Part shown: one piece after another, positions 1 through 8,467 of the stretch
Position numbering within the stretch: position 1 is the stretch's first letter
Layout of the letters: the number at the start of each line of letters is the position of its first letter
Origin: Methanotrichaceae archaeon
GTDB taxonomy: Archaea; Halobacteriota; Methanosarcinia; Methanotrichales; Methanotrichaceae
DNA length: 29,064 bases
Assembly: GCA_963803145.1 (NCBI GenBank)
Contig: CAWDLW010000032.1
Span: 1-29,064, forward strand
Direction: 5' to 3'
Position numbers and translations under genes: made by a program
Notes under the pieces: generated by a model
The model's database searches: none
Told to the model about the DNA's origin: nothing
The model's input: the letters and a program-made list of their open reading frames with translations, nothing else

Positions 1-16
1 AAAATATTAGAGTACA

Positions 17-1252
17 AATAGCAGGCTGCATCCCTGCCAATTCATGGGTAGGTTAGGCCATGTGGATTGATCGCAAACTATTTGATGCAGCGAGTGCATA
101 ATATCCAATAATGCCTCAAGTGTTTCAGTATAGATTGACGCCTACAAAACATCAAGTTGCTATCTTGAATAGACAACTTGATCTATGTAGGTGGGTCTAT
201 AATCAAACACTTGCTCTTCGAAAGAATGCCTGGGAGAAAGAGCAAAAAAGCATCGGATACTACGAATCTAAGAAGTATATCGCTATCTGGAAGCAGGATA
301 AACCAGAACTTAGAGAAGTCCACTCTCATGTTCTTCAAGATGTATCTATGCGCGTGGATCTCGCGTTAAAGGCATTCTTCAGAAGAGTCAGAAATGGCGA
401 AGAACCGGGCTATCCCAGGTTCAAAGGTAAAGGCTGGTATGACAGCTTAACCTACTTTGAATCAGGTTTCAAGCTTGATTGGAATAACCTTTGGCTCTCC
501 AAGATCGGAGATCTCAAGGTCTGGCTTCACAGGCCCATAGAAGGAACCATTAAGCGCCTAACCATTCGGAGGTCTTCCACGAATAAATGGTACGTCTCCT
601 TCCTGGTCGAAGATGTTCAGAGGGAAGTTCTACCAGAATCCGAGAAGGCAGTAGGCATAGATGTTGGCATATCCAACTTTGCCGTATTCTCTGATGGAAC
701 ATTCATAGAGAACCAGAGATATTTGGCTGAATATGAAGAGAAACTTTCCAGTGAGCAGAGTAAGAAAGACAAGCTGCCTAAAGGATCTCCTGAAAGAAGA
801 AAGGCTGCTAAGAAAGTCTGCCATATCTACGAGAGACTAAGTAACCTCCGACATAACTTCGCCCACCAGTTAAGCCATGATATCATAGATGATTATGGTA
901 TCATCTGCATAGAAGATATCGATATCAATAACATGATAGAAAAAAAGCCATACATGGCCAAAAGCGTTCTAGATGCAAGCTGGAGCAGATTCAGGATTTA
1001 CGTTACGTACAAGGCTGCAAGGGCTGGTCGTAAGGTAGTCCTGGTTAACCCTGCCTATACATCTCAGAAATGCTCAGGCTGTGGAACCATAGTAAAGAAG
1101 GATCTCTCTGAAAGAGTCCATAACTGCACAGTTTGTGGACTGGTCGTGGATAGGGATCTCAATGCTGCTAAGAACATCCTTCGACTGGGATTACAGTCCT
1201 TGGTTGGGATTACAACCTAGATGCCACCGACTTTAGTCGGGGGAGTAGTCAC
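17..1252 (+). mobile_element. IS200/IS605-family (IS1341-like) solo tnpB element
   Basis: Left subterminal hairpin CCTGCC-N8-GGTAGG (33-52). Right end after the tnpB stop has hairpin CCGACT-TT-AGTCGG (1227-1240) and ends GGAGTAGTCAC at 1252. No tnpA in the window; left boundary approximate. Confidence 0.8.
111..1220 (+). CDS. tnpB: RNA-guided endonuclease TnpB
   Basis: N-terminal YRLTPT..CRWVYN HTH, GYPRFK motif, RuvC-I GIDVG, RuvC-II IEDI, zinc finger CSGC..CTVC, RuvC-III DRDLNAAKNI. Confidence 0.96.
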   Translation: MPQVFQYRLTPTKHQVAILNRQLDLCRWVYNQTLALRKNAWEKEQKSIGYYESKKYIAIWKQDKPELREVHSHVLQDVSMRVDLALKAFFRRVRNGEEPGYPRFKGKGWYDSLTYFESGFKLDWNNLWLSKIGDLKVWLHRPIEGTIKRLTIRRSSTNKWYVSFLVEDVQREVLPESEKAVGIDVGISNFAVFSDGTFIENQRYLAEYEEKLSSEQSKKDKLPKGSPERRKAAKKVCHIYERLSNLRHNFAHQLSHDIIDDYGIICIEDIDINNMIEKKPYMAKSVLDASWSRFRIYVTYKAARAGRKVVLVNPAYTSQKCSGCGTIVKKDLSERVHNCTVCGLVVDRDLNAAKNILRLGLQSLVGITT

Positions 1253-1272
1253 TAAACTATAACATCTAGCAA
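1100..1272 (+). ncRNA. Putative TnpB omega/reRNA (scaffold to 1252, guide about 1253-1272)
   Basis: TnpB reRNAs are known to overlap the tnpB 3' end and right end. Hairpins seen at 1202-1217 and 1227-1240. The 5' end is a guess. Confidence 0.55.
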
Positions 1273-1315
1273 TTACTTATATACAGCTATCTGATAAATG
1301 AAAGGGCGAGAATTT

Positions 1316-1633
1316 ATGCAAGATAACTTTGATCGCCGCAAGGGATATAAACCAAATTCTCAGGTAAGACCAAACCAGGACCAGAGGAAGCCAGGAGAAA
1401 GCCCAAAACGTGGAGATAGGGGGCCATACTTTCTGCCAAAGCTGCTGGGACAGGAGATAACCATTCACCTCGTCACTGGCCAGGTTTTTAAAGGAAGGCT
1501 CAAGGGATTCAACTCTTATGAGCTGCTCATCGAATCAACCGATTCAGATGAGCTGAGCCTGGTCTTCAGAAGTGCTATTGCTAAATTGACATTCGGGGCA
1601 GAGTTGGTAAGAGCCCAGAGTAATAAACAATAA
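1316..1633 (+). CDS. Hfq-like Sm-fold RNA chaperone with basic, disordered N-terminus
   Basis: Sm1-like ITIHLVTGQVFKGRLKGFNSYELLI and Hfq-type Sm2 LVFRSAI (cf. YKHAI). TATA at 1277-1283 favours ATG 1316 over 1298. Confidence 0.75.
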   Translation: MQDNFDRRKGYKPNSQVRPNQDQRKPGESPKRGDRGPYFLPKLLGQEITIHLVTGQVFKGRLKGFNSYELLIESTDSDELSLVFRSAIAKLTFGAELVRAQSNKQ

Positions 1634-1751
1634 GCACCATTGCCTGAGATCATCGGAAGAGGATGCCTGCTCCATATAAATAAGCGTCAGCGGTCGAATT
1701 CCCAAAAAGCTTCTTCCGGGAAATATATTCATAATCTCAATTGGATTCGTC

Positions 1752-2144
1752 TTGATACTAATAGTAATCTTGAGCTTCTTCGAGATCCTCACATCTTCTG
1801 GAGCCAGTACTGCCGGAACCGATACTGGTAGGGTGATTACAAACTTCGATATGCAAGGAACAATTACAGACGTCCTCACACCTTCGAGCATTCTCGTCGG
1901 CAATAAGACGGTCAACTTAGCGGACGTTGATCCTTCAGGCCTCAATGCAGCAGCATATATGTATTTAATGCAAGATCTTAAGGATTATTACGTTGGCAAG
2001 GATGTGTTTGTAAAGGGAAATTACGTTTATTTCGATTTAGACGGCGAGTATAATATCGATAGCATAAACGGGAAGATCCAAAAGGAGATCAATGATTTGA
2101 TTGAGGAGCAGAATTACGACCAGTGCTATTATGGACAATGTTAG
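1752..2144 (+). CDS. Exported hypothetical protein, degenerate thermonuclease (SNase)-like OB fold
   Basis: Hydrophobic N-terminus; GTITDVLTPSSILVGNKTVNLADVDP resembles the SNase pattern GxVxxVxDGDT..xRLxGIDAP. Start uncertain. Confidence 0.55.
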   Translation: MILIVILSFFEILTSSGASTAGTDTGRVITNFDMQGTITDVLTPSSILVGNKTVNLADVDPSGLNAAAYMYLMQDLKDYYVGKDVFVKGNYVYFDLDGEYNIDSINGKIQKEINDLIEEQNYDQCYYGQC

Positions 2145-2188
2145 TAGAATCAAAAATTGAAAATATGCTAGTAATGTAATCAATATAA

Positions 2189-2261
2189 GGCCGAGACCGG
2201 GATTCGAACCCGGCTCGAGGGATCCACAGTCCCTCAGGATAACCACTACCCCATCCCGGCC
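2189..2261 (-). tRNA. tRNA-His(GUG)
   Basis: Cloverleaf GCCGGGA..TCTCGGC, anticodon loop CTGTGGA, T-loop TTCGAAT, encoded G-1 (2261) and C73; no CCA encoded. Confidence 0.96.
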
Positions 2262-2282
2262 GCAAGCAGTTGCACTTTGCTT

Positions 2283-3800
2283 CTAAGAGATAAAACTTTC
2301 CCCGTCCATGTATGCCTGTTCTGCTGTTCTCACCACCAGCTTCACCAGATCGTCAAGCCTGTCTATGTAGTAAACCTGTCCGAGGCTTCTGAGGGTATTC
2401 TCGACATACTTATCCCTGCCAGCTTGATCGATGCAGAATAGCACGAAATCCCCATGCTGTGCTGCCTCTTTGATATAATCAAACTCTGTATAGAGGTTCT
2501 GGATATGAGTATCTGTAATGCAGAGAATGAGACACCCTTCTCGCGTTCGAGCCAGCTCGAGGATCTCACGCCCAGGTATATGAGTCCTTGTGCATATATA
2601 TTCTACAAGCACGTCTTCCACGGCACTAAGATCGCGCGTCCAAGGCTGAACATAGTATTTCTCGCTGAAGTTTATCGCCGCAACTTCAGCGCCCTGTTGA
2701 TGTGCGAACTGGCAGGCCTTGAAGGCTGCCAAAGTGGCTTTATGGGTCTTTGTGTTAAGGCCATGACCGTTCATGGATTTGCTGCTATCAAGCACAACAA
2801 GCAGGTCAGGAACCCTTTCGCGGCCAGCAGCCATTCGGCCGCATTCTCGCTCACGTTTATAAGTAGTCGTCCCAGGTATCAGCACTGGACTCATGCTCAG
2901 GGAGCAGGCTATATCGAGATCGCTCAGGGGGTCTGTATGCCTCCATTTTACGAGGCCTGAGGGGTAGCAGCTCTCCTTTGTACTTCCACTATGCCTGATC
3001 TCTATGAAGTAGCTCTGGTCACGATACCATCTCTTCAGGTCGCCTTTCAGTCCGAGAACTGCCAGGGCCCGGCTGTACTGTCCGGGCTCAAGTTCAGACG
3101 CTAAGGCTGCTAGAGGAGCAGCATGAGTGCTGCCGTTGAGACTCTCCATCGATCTGACCTGGCCCTTTCCAAGGATGCCAGGCATAAAAGGCTCTAAGAT
3201 TCGTGCGGTCTGTTGGCATTGCCTGCTCCATAAGCCCTTATCTCGGACTCCGGGAGAATAAACTTGTAGCAAAAGGTCAATCTCTGGCTCGTTGCATCTG
3301 GGCAGGTGCAGAGGCGCCCCCCAATATTCTGCCAGAAATCCTATAACGATCCTGTCAAGATTCGATAACTTCTGTTTAGCCAGTCTCCTCCAGCCCAAGA
3401 GAACTTTTTCCTCGTCCTCAGAGCTTCTCTCCAGGCGGAAGGAGTCAACGATGATATCAGAGAATATATTGACCATCGATTTTGCCTTTGCCTGATCCTT
3501 CAGGCCTTTTATCGCTGACAGCGCGAGATAGCCTGCAGTCTCAAGCGAGCGTGGGCAAAACATGTAGTGAATAATAAGATGGTCGAACAAATTTTCGATG
3601 TAGAGAGAGCCCTGTTTTAAGACTTCTTCGTTTAACGTGATTTGATAGTTATCGAATGGAAACTCGCTGCTGCCACGAACGCCTATATGGGGAGCAGGAA
3701 GCTGAGGCCAATGCCAATTGGATCTTGACTTCTCCCAAACGTTAGCTATAGAGTTCCAGGATGTTTCCTCCAAGTCTACCCTCTCCAACCTCAGGCCCAA
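2283..3800 (-). CDS. VWA domain-containing protein
   Basis: C-terminal LLVVLDSSKSM (MIDAS DxSxS), INFS, ILCITD; downstream of MoxR. The true start may be about 3773. Confidence 0.85.
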   Translation of the reverse strand: MGLRLERVDLEETSWNSIANVWEKSRSNWHWPQLPAPHIGVRGSSEFPFDNYQITLNEEVLKQGSLYIENLFDHLIIHYMFCPRSLETAGYLALSAIKGLKDQAKAKSMVNIFSDIIVDSFRLERSSEDEEKVLLGWRRLAKQKLSNLDRIVIGFLAEYWGAPLHLPRCNEPEIDLLLQVYSPGVRDKGLWSRQCQQTARILEPFMPGILGKGQVRSMESLNGSTHAAPLAALASELEPGQYSRALAVLGLKGDLKRWYRDQSYFIEIRHSGSTKESCYPSGLVKWRHTDPLSDLDIACSLSMSPVLIPGTTTYKRERECGRMAAGRERVPDLLVVLDSSKSMNGHGLNTKTHKATLAAFKACQFAHQQGAEVAAINFSEKYYVQPWTRDLSAVEDVLVEYICTRTHIPGREILELARTREGCLILCITDTHIQNLYTEFDYIKEAAQHGDFVLFCIDQAGRDKYVENTLRSLGQVYYIDRLDDLVKLVVRTAEQAYMDGESFIS

Positions 3801-4548
3801 AGGAGCCTCCTTTTATCGATCCGCCCTTCATACGCCAACCCCCACGTCTGCCCGCCCTGCCCATTACTATAATTTCTCCGCCGCTCATCAGAAGCCCTAG
3901 GTAATCACCTGCATCGCCTCGGATGCGTAAGTGGCCTGAGTGCATCAGCCAGCCGGACCGCTCACCTGTGTTTCCTCTTATCGCAATGCTTCCGCCGGAG
4001 TTCCCAACACCTACATATTTGCCCGCATGGCCAAGTACCACGCCCCAGCCTGCACTCATATTCCTGAAGGCGTAATCCCTACAGGAGCCTGTCACTATGC
4101 CGCCCCCGTTCATATCTTGGCCAAGATAATTCCCTGAGTCTCCCTTGATGAAGATCCGGCCTCCGCTCATTCCTTCGCCCACATGATCTCCGCCGCTATC
4201 GAGAACAATTATGCCTTTTTCAAGGCCAATTCCTACATAATCGCCGGATTGGAGTCTCAGTGGCAGGTTAATGCAATCTGCGGCGATGCTTGTAAGATAG
4301 CCCCAGATAATTTTGTACTTCAACTTCTTTCCCGGATCTGACGAGATGAGGCTTAAAAGAAGTTTATCATCTTTAGGTAGAAGCATCTCTACATCTGTCT
4401 TTGAGGGCCTATCTCCCAATCGCTCTGCAAGGTCATCCAGGCCGAAAACGATATTGCCTTTAAAGGTATCGAGCTTTTTGCTTCTTGTTCTGCCCTGGTA
4501 AGCATCATCCATGAAGCGCTTAAGCTTCATTTCATCCTCTCCAGGCAC
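3742..4548 (-). CDS. GXGXG beta-helix protein (GltB domain 3 / FwdC-FmdC-like)
   Basis: Repeated GDxxGxxMxGGxIxxxG units, e.g. GDHVGEGMSGGRIFIKG and GDYLGLLMSGGEIIVMG. Start may be MKLKR at 4530, overlapping the upstream stop. Confidence 0.85.
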   Translation of the reverse strand: MPGEDEMKLKRFMDDAYQGRTRSKKLDTFKGNIVFGLDDLAERLGDRPSKTDVEMLLPKDDKLLLSLISSDPGKKLKYKIIWGYLTSIAADCINLPLRLQSGDYVGIGLEKGIIVLDSGGDHVGEGMSGGRIFIKGDSGNYLGQDMNGGGIVTGSCRDYAFRNMSAGWGVVLGHAGKYVGVGNSGGSIAIRGNTGERSGWLMHSGHLRIRGDAGDYLGLLMSGGEIIVMGRAGRRGGWRMKGGSIKGGSFGPEVGEGRLGGNILELYS

Positions 4549-5783
4549 GGGATGTAATCCAGCCTGGCTATTGGATCGTCGTAGCCGGATAGCTCCTTTA
4601 TGGCATCATGAATGGAGAGGTCTCCGTCTACTGCCTGAGAGAATATCACATTCATCTCGCCCCTCTCATTCAGCGTTCTGTTTATGCTTCTTTCAACGAG
4701 GTCTCTGACATAGTCCAACCTTCTGGTGTCGTAGTATGGCGGCCTATCCAGAGATGAGCGATTGAGATTCACTCTATGCCAGATAACATAAGGTGCGACG
4801 GCTCTCAAAACCTCAATATTGCCTGATCTTCCTGTCAGGAAGGCTATTGCTCTGGTGTAGTCCCTCAGATCCTGTCTAACCCTATCGGAGAGACCTTCAT
4901 CTGTCTGCCAGCATATTGCCTCGGGATTATTGAAATAATGGCAGCCGGCGCAAAGCCCTTTGCTTGGCTTTGTTCCTGATAGCTGAGTTTTGTCGTATTC
5001 GGGTGCACGCTCGCAGAGAGTAAAATCTCTTAAGATCGATACAATTGCTAGTTCGATTGAGGTCTCGAGCTCTACCCCGGATATGCAGATCGGCAGGAGA
5101 TCAAACTCGCTTTTGCTGAACCTCGGCAGCTCCTCCGCCAGATCCCTGACAGCACGCTCTCGCGTCAGAAGCGCAAGGTCTCCCAGGAAATCGGGCTGTA
5201 CGGCTGGCGCACAGGCCGATATACGATCGAGAAGAGCCTCATCCAAGGGGTAAGTCGCACTGAACTCGGGGTTCATTGTAGCGAAATAACATGTATCCCC
5301 AGGCTCAAGCACATTTCCAGCGTATGCTATCGTTCTTTTCTGCAATATTTCTAGGAAGAGATTCTGCTTGCCGCTTGGAAAGCGGTTGATCTCATTTATG
5401 ACCTTCCATTGCGACCTTGTCCATGGTGTCCAGAGAACTTCTGTTGCATCGCTACCTGGCCGAGTCCATTGGCGTGGGTCCAGGAAACCAACGATCTTCT
5501 CCTCAGTCTGCTCAGGATGGCCGGAAACCATAATGTTTTCTATTTCGCCAAAAGATCGGCCCATGAAGGCTGCTCCAAGGAGGTTGACAAGCGTCGTCTT
5601 GTTTGCCCCCATCCCTCCATAGAGAAGCACTGCCTTATTGCGGAGGCATGCGTTTGCCAATGAAAAGTATAGCTGGGCGTTCATACGAGCATTGCCGATG
5701 ATAAGATCTTTCCTGCCTAAATGAAGCCTTAACTCCTCTAAAGATGATATCAGAGCATTTATTTTGCTCAAGGGATCCGGCAT
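4527..5783 (-). CDS. MoxR-like AAA+ ATPase
   Basis: Walker A-like GGMGANKTT, Walker B-like VINEINR, FATMNP, TYPLDEALLDR arginine-finger motif. Confidence 0.88.
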   Translation of the reverse strand: MPDPLSKINALISSLEELRLHLGRKDLIIGNARMNAQLYFSLANACLRNKAVLLYGGMGANKTTLVNLLGAAFMGRSFGEIENIMVSGHPEQTEEKIVGFLDPRQWTRPGSDATEVLWTPWTRSQWKVINEINRFPSGKQNLFLEILQKRTIAYAGNVLEPGDTCYFATMNPEFSATYPLDEALLDRISACAPAVQPDFLGDLALLTRERAVRDLAEELPRFSKSEFDLLPICISGVELETSIELAIVSILRDFTLCERAPEYDKTQLSGTKPSKGLCAGCHYFNNPEAICWQTDEGLSDRVRQDLRDYTRAIAFLTGRSGNIEVLRAVAPYVIWHRVNLNRSSLDRPPYYDTRRLDYVRDLVERSINRTLNERGEMNVIFSQAVDGDLSIHDAIKELSGYDDPIARLDYIPCLERMK

Positions 5784-5805
5784 AAGATGATGGCTAGATC
5801 TGTCG

Positions 5806-5813
5806 TATTTAAA
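5806..5813 (-). promoter_or_regulatory. TATA box of the (probably leaderless) MoxR operon
   Basis: TTTAAATA on the minus strand, 22 nt before ATG 5783. Confidence 0.55.
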
Positions 5814-5839
5814 TCAAACGATGATAACGGTGGGACATG

Positions 5840-5898
5840 AAAAGGAGGGATAGCAAAAGCCAGTAATGTAGGAGGGATAAAGGTACTTGACTTTTGCC
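5840..5898 (-). ncRNA. Putative small hairpin RNA, copy 1
   Basis: GGCAAAAGUC..GGCUUUUGCU stem with G-U pairs, loop containing AUCCCUCCU, pyrimidine tail. Own promoter CCGAAAAG-TTTATAAT (5936-5921). Confidence 0.7.
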
Positions 5899-5981
5899 AA
5901 ACGTAATACGTCACTCGACGATTATAAACTTTTCGGCTAAGGCGATCGACGTATTCTGTGATAGTCTATGCCTTTTGTGAT

Positions 5982-6039
5982 AGAAGAAGGAAGCAAAAGT
6001 CGATTTTGTGGGAGGGATTGATCACATTCGACTTTTGCC
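5982..6039 (-). ncRNA. Putative small hairpin RNA, copy 2
   Basis: GGCAAAAGUCGA..UCGACUUUUGCU stem, loop AUCAAUCCCUCC, tail UCCUUCUUCU. Own promoter CCGAAGCT-CTTATATC (6077-6062). Confidence 0.7.
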
Positions 6040-6099
6040 AGCGCGCATTACGACATAAGACGATATAAGAGCTTCGGTTGGATTTGAAATTTAAGTACT

Positions 6100-6157
6100 A
6101 AGGAGGGGGAGCAAAAGTCAAAGGAACTAGAAGGATCTGTATCAATCGACTTTTGCC
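6100..6157 (-). ncRNA. Putative small hairpin RNA, copy 3
   Basis: GGCAAAAGUCGA..UUGACUUUUGCU stem, loop containing AUCCUUCU, tail CCCCCUCCUU. Own promoter CCGAAAAC-TATATATT (6196-6181). Confidence 0.7.
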
Positions 6158-6581
6158 AACCAATACAACGACGTTGAGCGAATATATAGTTTTCGGTGAT
6201 CAACGTAGTAAGCCTGAAATTTCAGATCAAAAGGTATGTGGATGGCAGAGGTGAATAGAATAGTGAATACTACCTTAACGTATCTTTGTAATTACTCATA
6301 CGGCATGAGACGAATACTTATCTCTTAAGCTTGTCAAAATAGAACATAAGCGGAATGTATAAATTCGGCCATTGTCGTAATAGTATTGCTGTCAAAGTTG
6401 GCTAATCCCTTATAATACGGATGTATCGGTTTTGAAGTAATCTATTAGCCATCTCACCTTGAACGGTAAATGATCACTCTAGCAAAAAAACCGTTTACAT
6501 TTGAAGGTGTAGGAACTGAACCAAGTATCGGTGTAGGCACTGACAAAGAATATTAAGCCCAATAAACAGAACTATACTAAC

Positions 6582-7520
6582 ATGATCTATACCATCACCC
6601 TAAACCCAGCATTAGACAGAACAATCAGGATCGATAGAATTCGCGAGGATGTATCCAATCGTATCCTAGAGGAACAGAGCTACGCTGGCGGCAAAAGCAT
6701 AGATGTCTCCAAGGTCCTGAAGAATTTCGGCGTCGATAATACTGCTCTGGGGTTTGTGGGTGGGTTCGCAGGCAGGGAGCTTGAGGGAAGACTGCTCAAT
6801 GAGGGGATACAAAGCGATTTTGTATATGTCTCGGGAGAGACAAGGACGAACATAATCATCCATGAGACGGAGACTGGCAGGCAACTGGCCTTCAATGCGC
6901 GAGGGCCTGTAGTTCAGCCTCATGAGCTTATGCAGCTTATAGAGATGGTACAGAATCTTAAGAACCCTGAGATTGTTGCCATCGGAGGCAGCCTTCCGCC
7001 TGGAGTAACCCCTGAAATATATCGCAAAATCATAACTCTTGTAAAGAGGCTTAAGGCAAAGGTGGTGCTGGATGTTGATGGCAGCGCCCTTAAGGTTGGA
7101 ATCCAGGCTCAGCCAAATATCATCAAACCGAACATCCACGAGCTCAGCGAGCTTGTAGGCCGGGAGTTGAATGAATTAGAGGCAATACGCGCTGCCGCCA
7201 GGGAGATCCATCGAGGCGGCGTAGAAATCGTCCTTGTCTCCATGGGCGGGAAAGGAATTCTCATGGTGAAGGATGGCCTTGAGTGCCTGGCTGTTCCGCC
7301 TGATGTACCTGTCAGAAATACTATAGGCGCTGGTGATTCAGCAGTTGCGGGATTTATTTTTGGTATTGTAAAAGGCGAAGATCCCAAGAGATCGCTGATG
7401 TATGCTGCAGCATCTGGCACTTCTACTACACTAAGCCTAGGCACGGCGCTATGTCAGAAGGATGATTTCGAGAGGATACTCCCACAAGTGAAGCTTGAAA
7501 TGCTAACGGACGGTGAATGA
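6582..7520 (+). CDS. pfkB: 1-phosphofructokinase / PfkB-family hexose-phosphate kinase
   Basis: MIYTITLNPALD, GGKSIDVS, GETRTN, GSLPPGV, IKPNIHEL, NTIGAGDS. Confidence 0.92.
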   Translation: MIYTITLNPALDRTIRIDRIREDVSNRILEEQSYAGGKSIDVSKVLKNFGVDNTALGFVGGFAGRELEGRLLNEGIQSDFVYVSGETRTNIIIHETETGRQLAFNARGPVVQPHELMQLIEMVQNLKNPEIVAIGGSLPPGVTPEIYRKIITLVKRLKAKVVLDVDGSALKVGIQAQPNIIKPNIHELSELVGRELNELEAIRAAAREIHRGGVEIVLVSMGGKGILMVKDGLECLAVPPDVPVRNTIGAGDSAVAGFIFGIVKGEDPKRSLMYAAASGTSTTLSLGTALCQKDDFERILPQVKLEMLTDGE

Positions 7521-8437
7521 TAATGGTATCCGAAAAAGTAATGGTCCCACTGGATGTTCCAAGAAATGAAAGCCAGAGCTATACTCAGAATTATTTAAAG
7601 ATAACCAAGAACAGCGGCAGGTTGATGCTCTTCGCAGGCGACCAGAAGGTAGAGCATCTCAACGATGATTTCTATGGCCATGATATCAGCCCTGAAGACA
7701 GTGATCCTTCACATCTCTTTGAGATAGCCTCAAAGTCGAAGATAGGCTGCTTCGCTACCCAGCTCGGTCTGATAGCTAAGTATGGAGCTGATTATCCGCA
7801 AGTGCCTTACATGGTGAAGCTCAACTCAAAGACGAATCTCGTAAAGACATCTCAGGCTGAACCATTCAGCGGCCAGTGGCTTGACGTAAGCCAGGTTGTT
7901 GAATTTAAAGAGGATCGCGGGCTGGATATCCTGGGCGTGGGCTATACAGTGTATCTAGGTAGCGTTTATGAGGCAGCCATGCTCACCGAAGCCGCAGAGC
8001 TTGTTTATGAGGCTCACAGGCATGGCCTGATAACTGTGCTCTGGATGTATCCGCGCGGAAAAGCGGTGAAGGATGAGCTGGACCCTCACCTTATTGCAGG
8101 AGCTGCTGGAGTGGCGGCTGCTTTAGGAAGCGATTTTGTAAAGCTGAGCTACCCTGTTAAGATAGGAAACAAATCTAGCGAGGTCTTCAAGGAGGCTGTA
8201 AAGGCAGCAGGCAGGACAAAGGTAGTCTGCGCTGGCGGAGCTAGCGGTGACGTAAGAACTTTCCTTCAGACACTTTATGATCAGATCAACATCAGTGGAG
8301 CATCAGGCAGCGCTACCGGCAGGAACATCCATCAGAAGTCGCTTAAGGATGCGATAAGGATGTGCAATGCGATCTATGCCATAACAGTAGAGAATGCCGA
8401 TGTGGAGTCTGCCTGGAAGATCTATTCAGAGGGCTAG
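7517..8437 (+). CDS. Class I (DhnA-type) fructose-bisphosphate aldolase
   Basis: AGDQKVEH, VKLNSKT, LWMYPRG, Schiff-base Lys in DFVK, ATGRNIHQ. Confidence 0.88.
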   Translation: MIMVSEKVMVPLDVPRNESQSYTQNYLKITKNSGRLMLFAGDQKVEHLNDDFYGHDISPEDSDPSHLFEIASKSKIGCFATQLGLIAKYGADYPQVPYMVKLNSKTNLVKTSQAEPFSGQWLDVSQVVEFKEDRGLDILGVGYTVYLGSVYEAAMLTEAAELVYEAHRHGLITVLWMYPRGKAVKDELDPHLIAGAAGVAAALGSDFVKLSYPVKIGNKSSEVFKEAVKAAGRTKVVCAGGASGDVRTFLQTLYDQINISGASGSATGRNIHQKSLKDAIRMCNAIYAITVENADVESAWKIYSEG

Positions 8438-8467
8438 ATGTCAAAGCACATTCGTCCAGGAGATTAG

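Noticed and set aside
1544-1945. 133-aa minus-strand ORF
   Set aside because: Antisense shadow of two better-supported plus-strand genes.
2037-2246. 69-aa minus-strand ORF
   Set aside because: It overlaps tRNA-His and the 1752 gene.
3742-4548. Calling the gene fwdC/fmdC or a glutamate synthase subunit
   Set aside because: Only the shared fold is evident, and there are no other fwd or glt genes nearby.
5887-5940. Plus-strand small ORFs after the GGAGGG motifs (e.g. MTFAKRNTSLDDYKLFG)
   Set aside because: SD spacing is poor, and neither frame nor start is conserved across the three units. Promoters and G-U pairs point to the minus strand.
5852-6157. Hairpins as simple terminators
   Set aside because: They lie between divergent genes, not after gene ends, and each starts at TSS distance from a TATA box.
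5840-6196. CRISPR array interpretation of the three repeats
   Set aside because: The conserved parts are inverted arms around a variable loop, the unit spacing is 141 and 118 bp, each unit has its own promoter, and there are no cas genes in the window.
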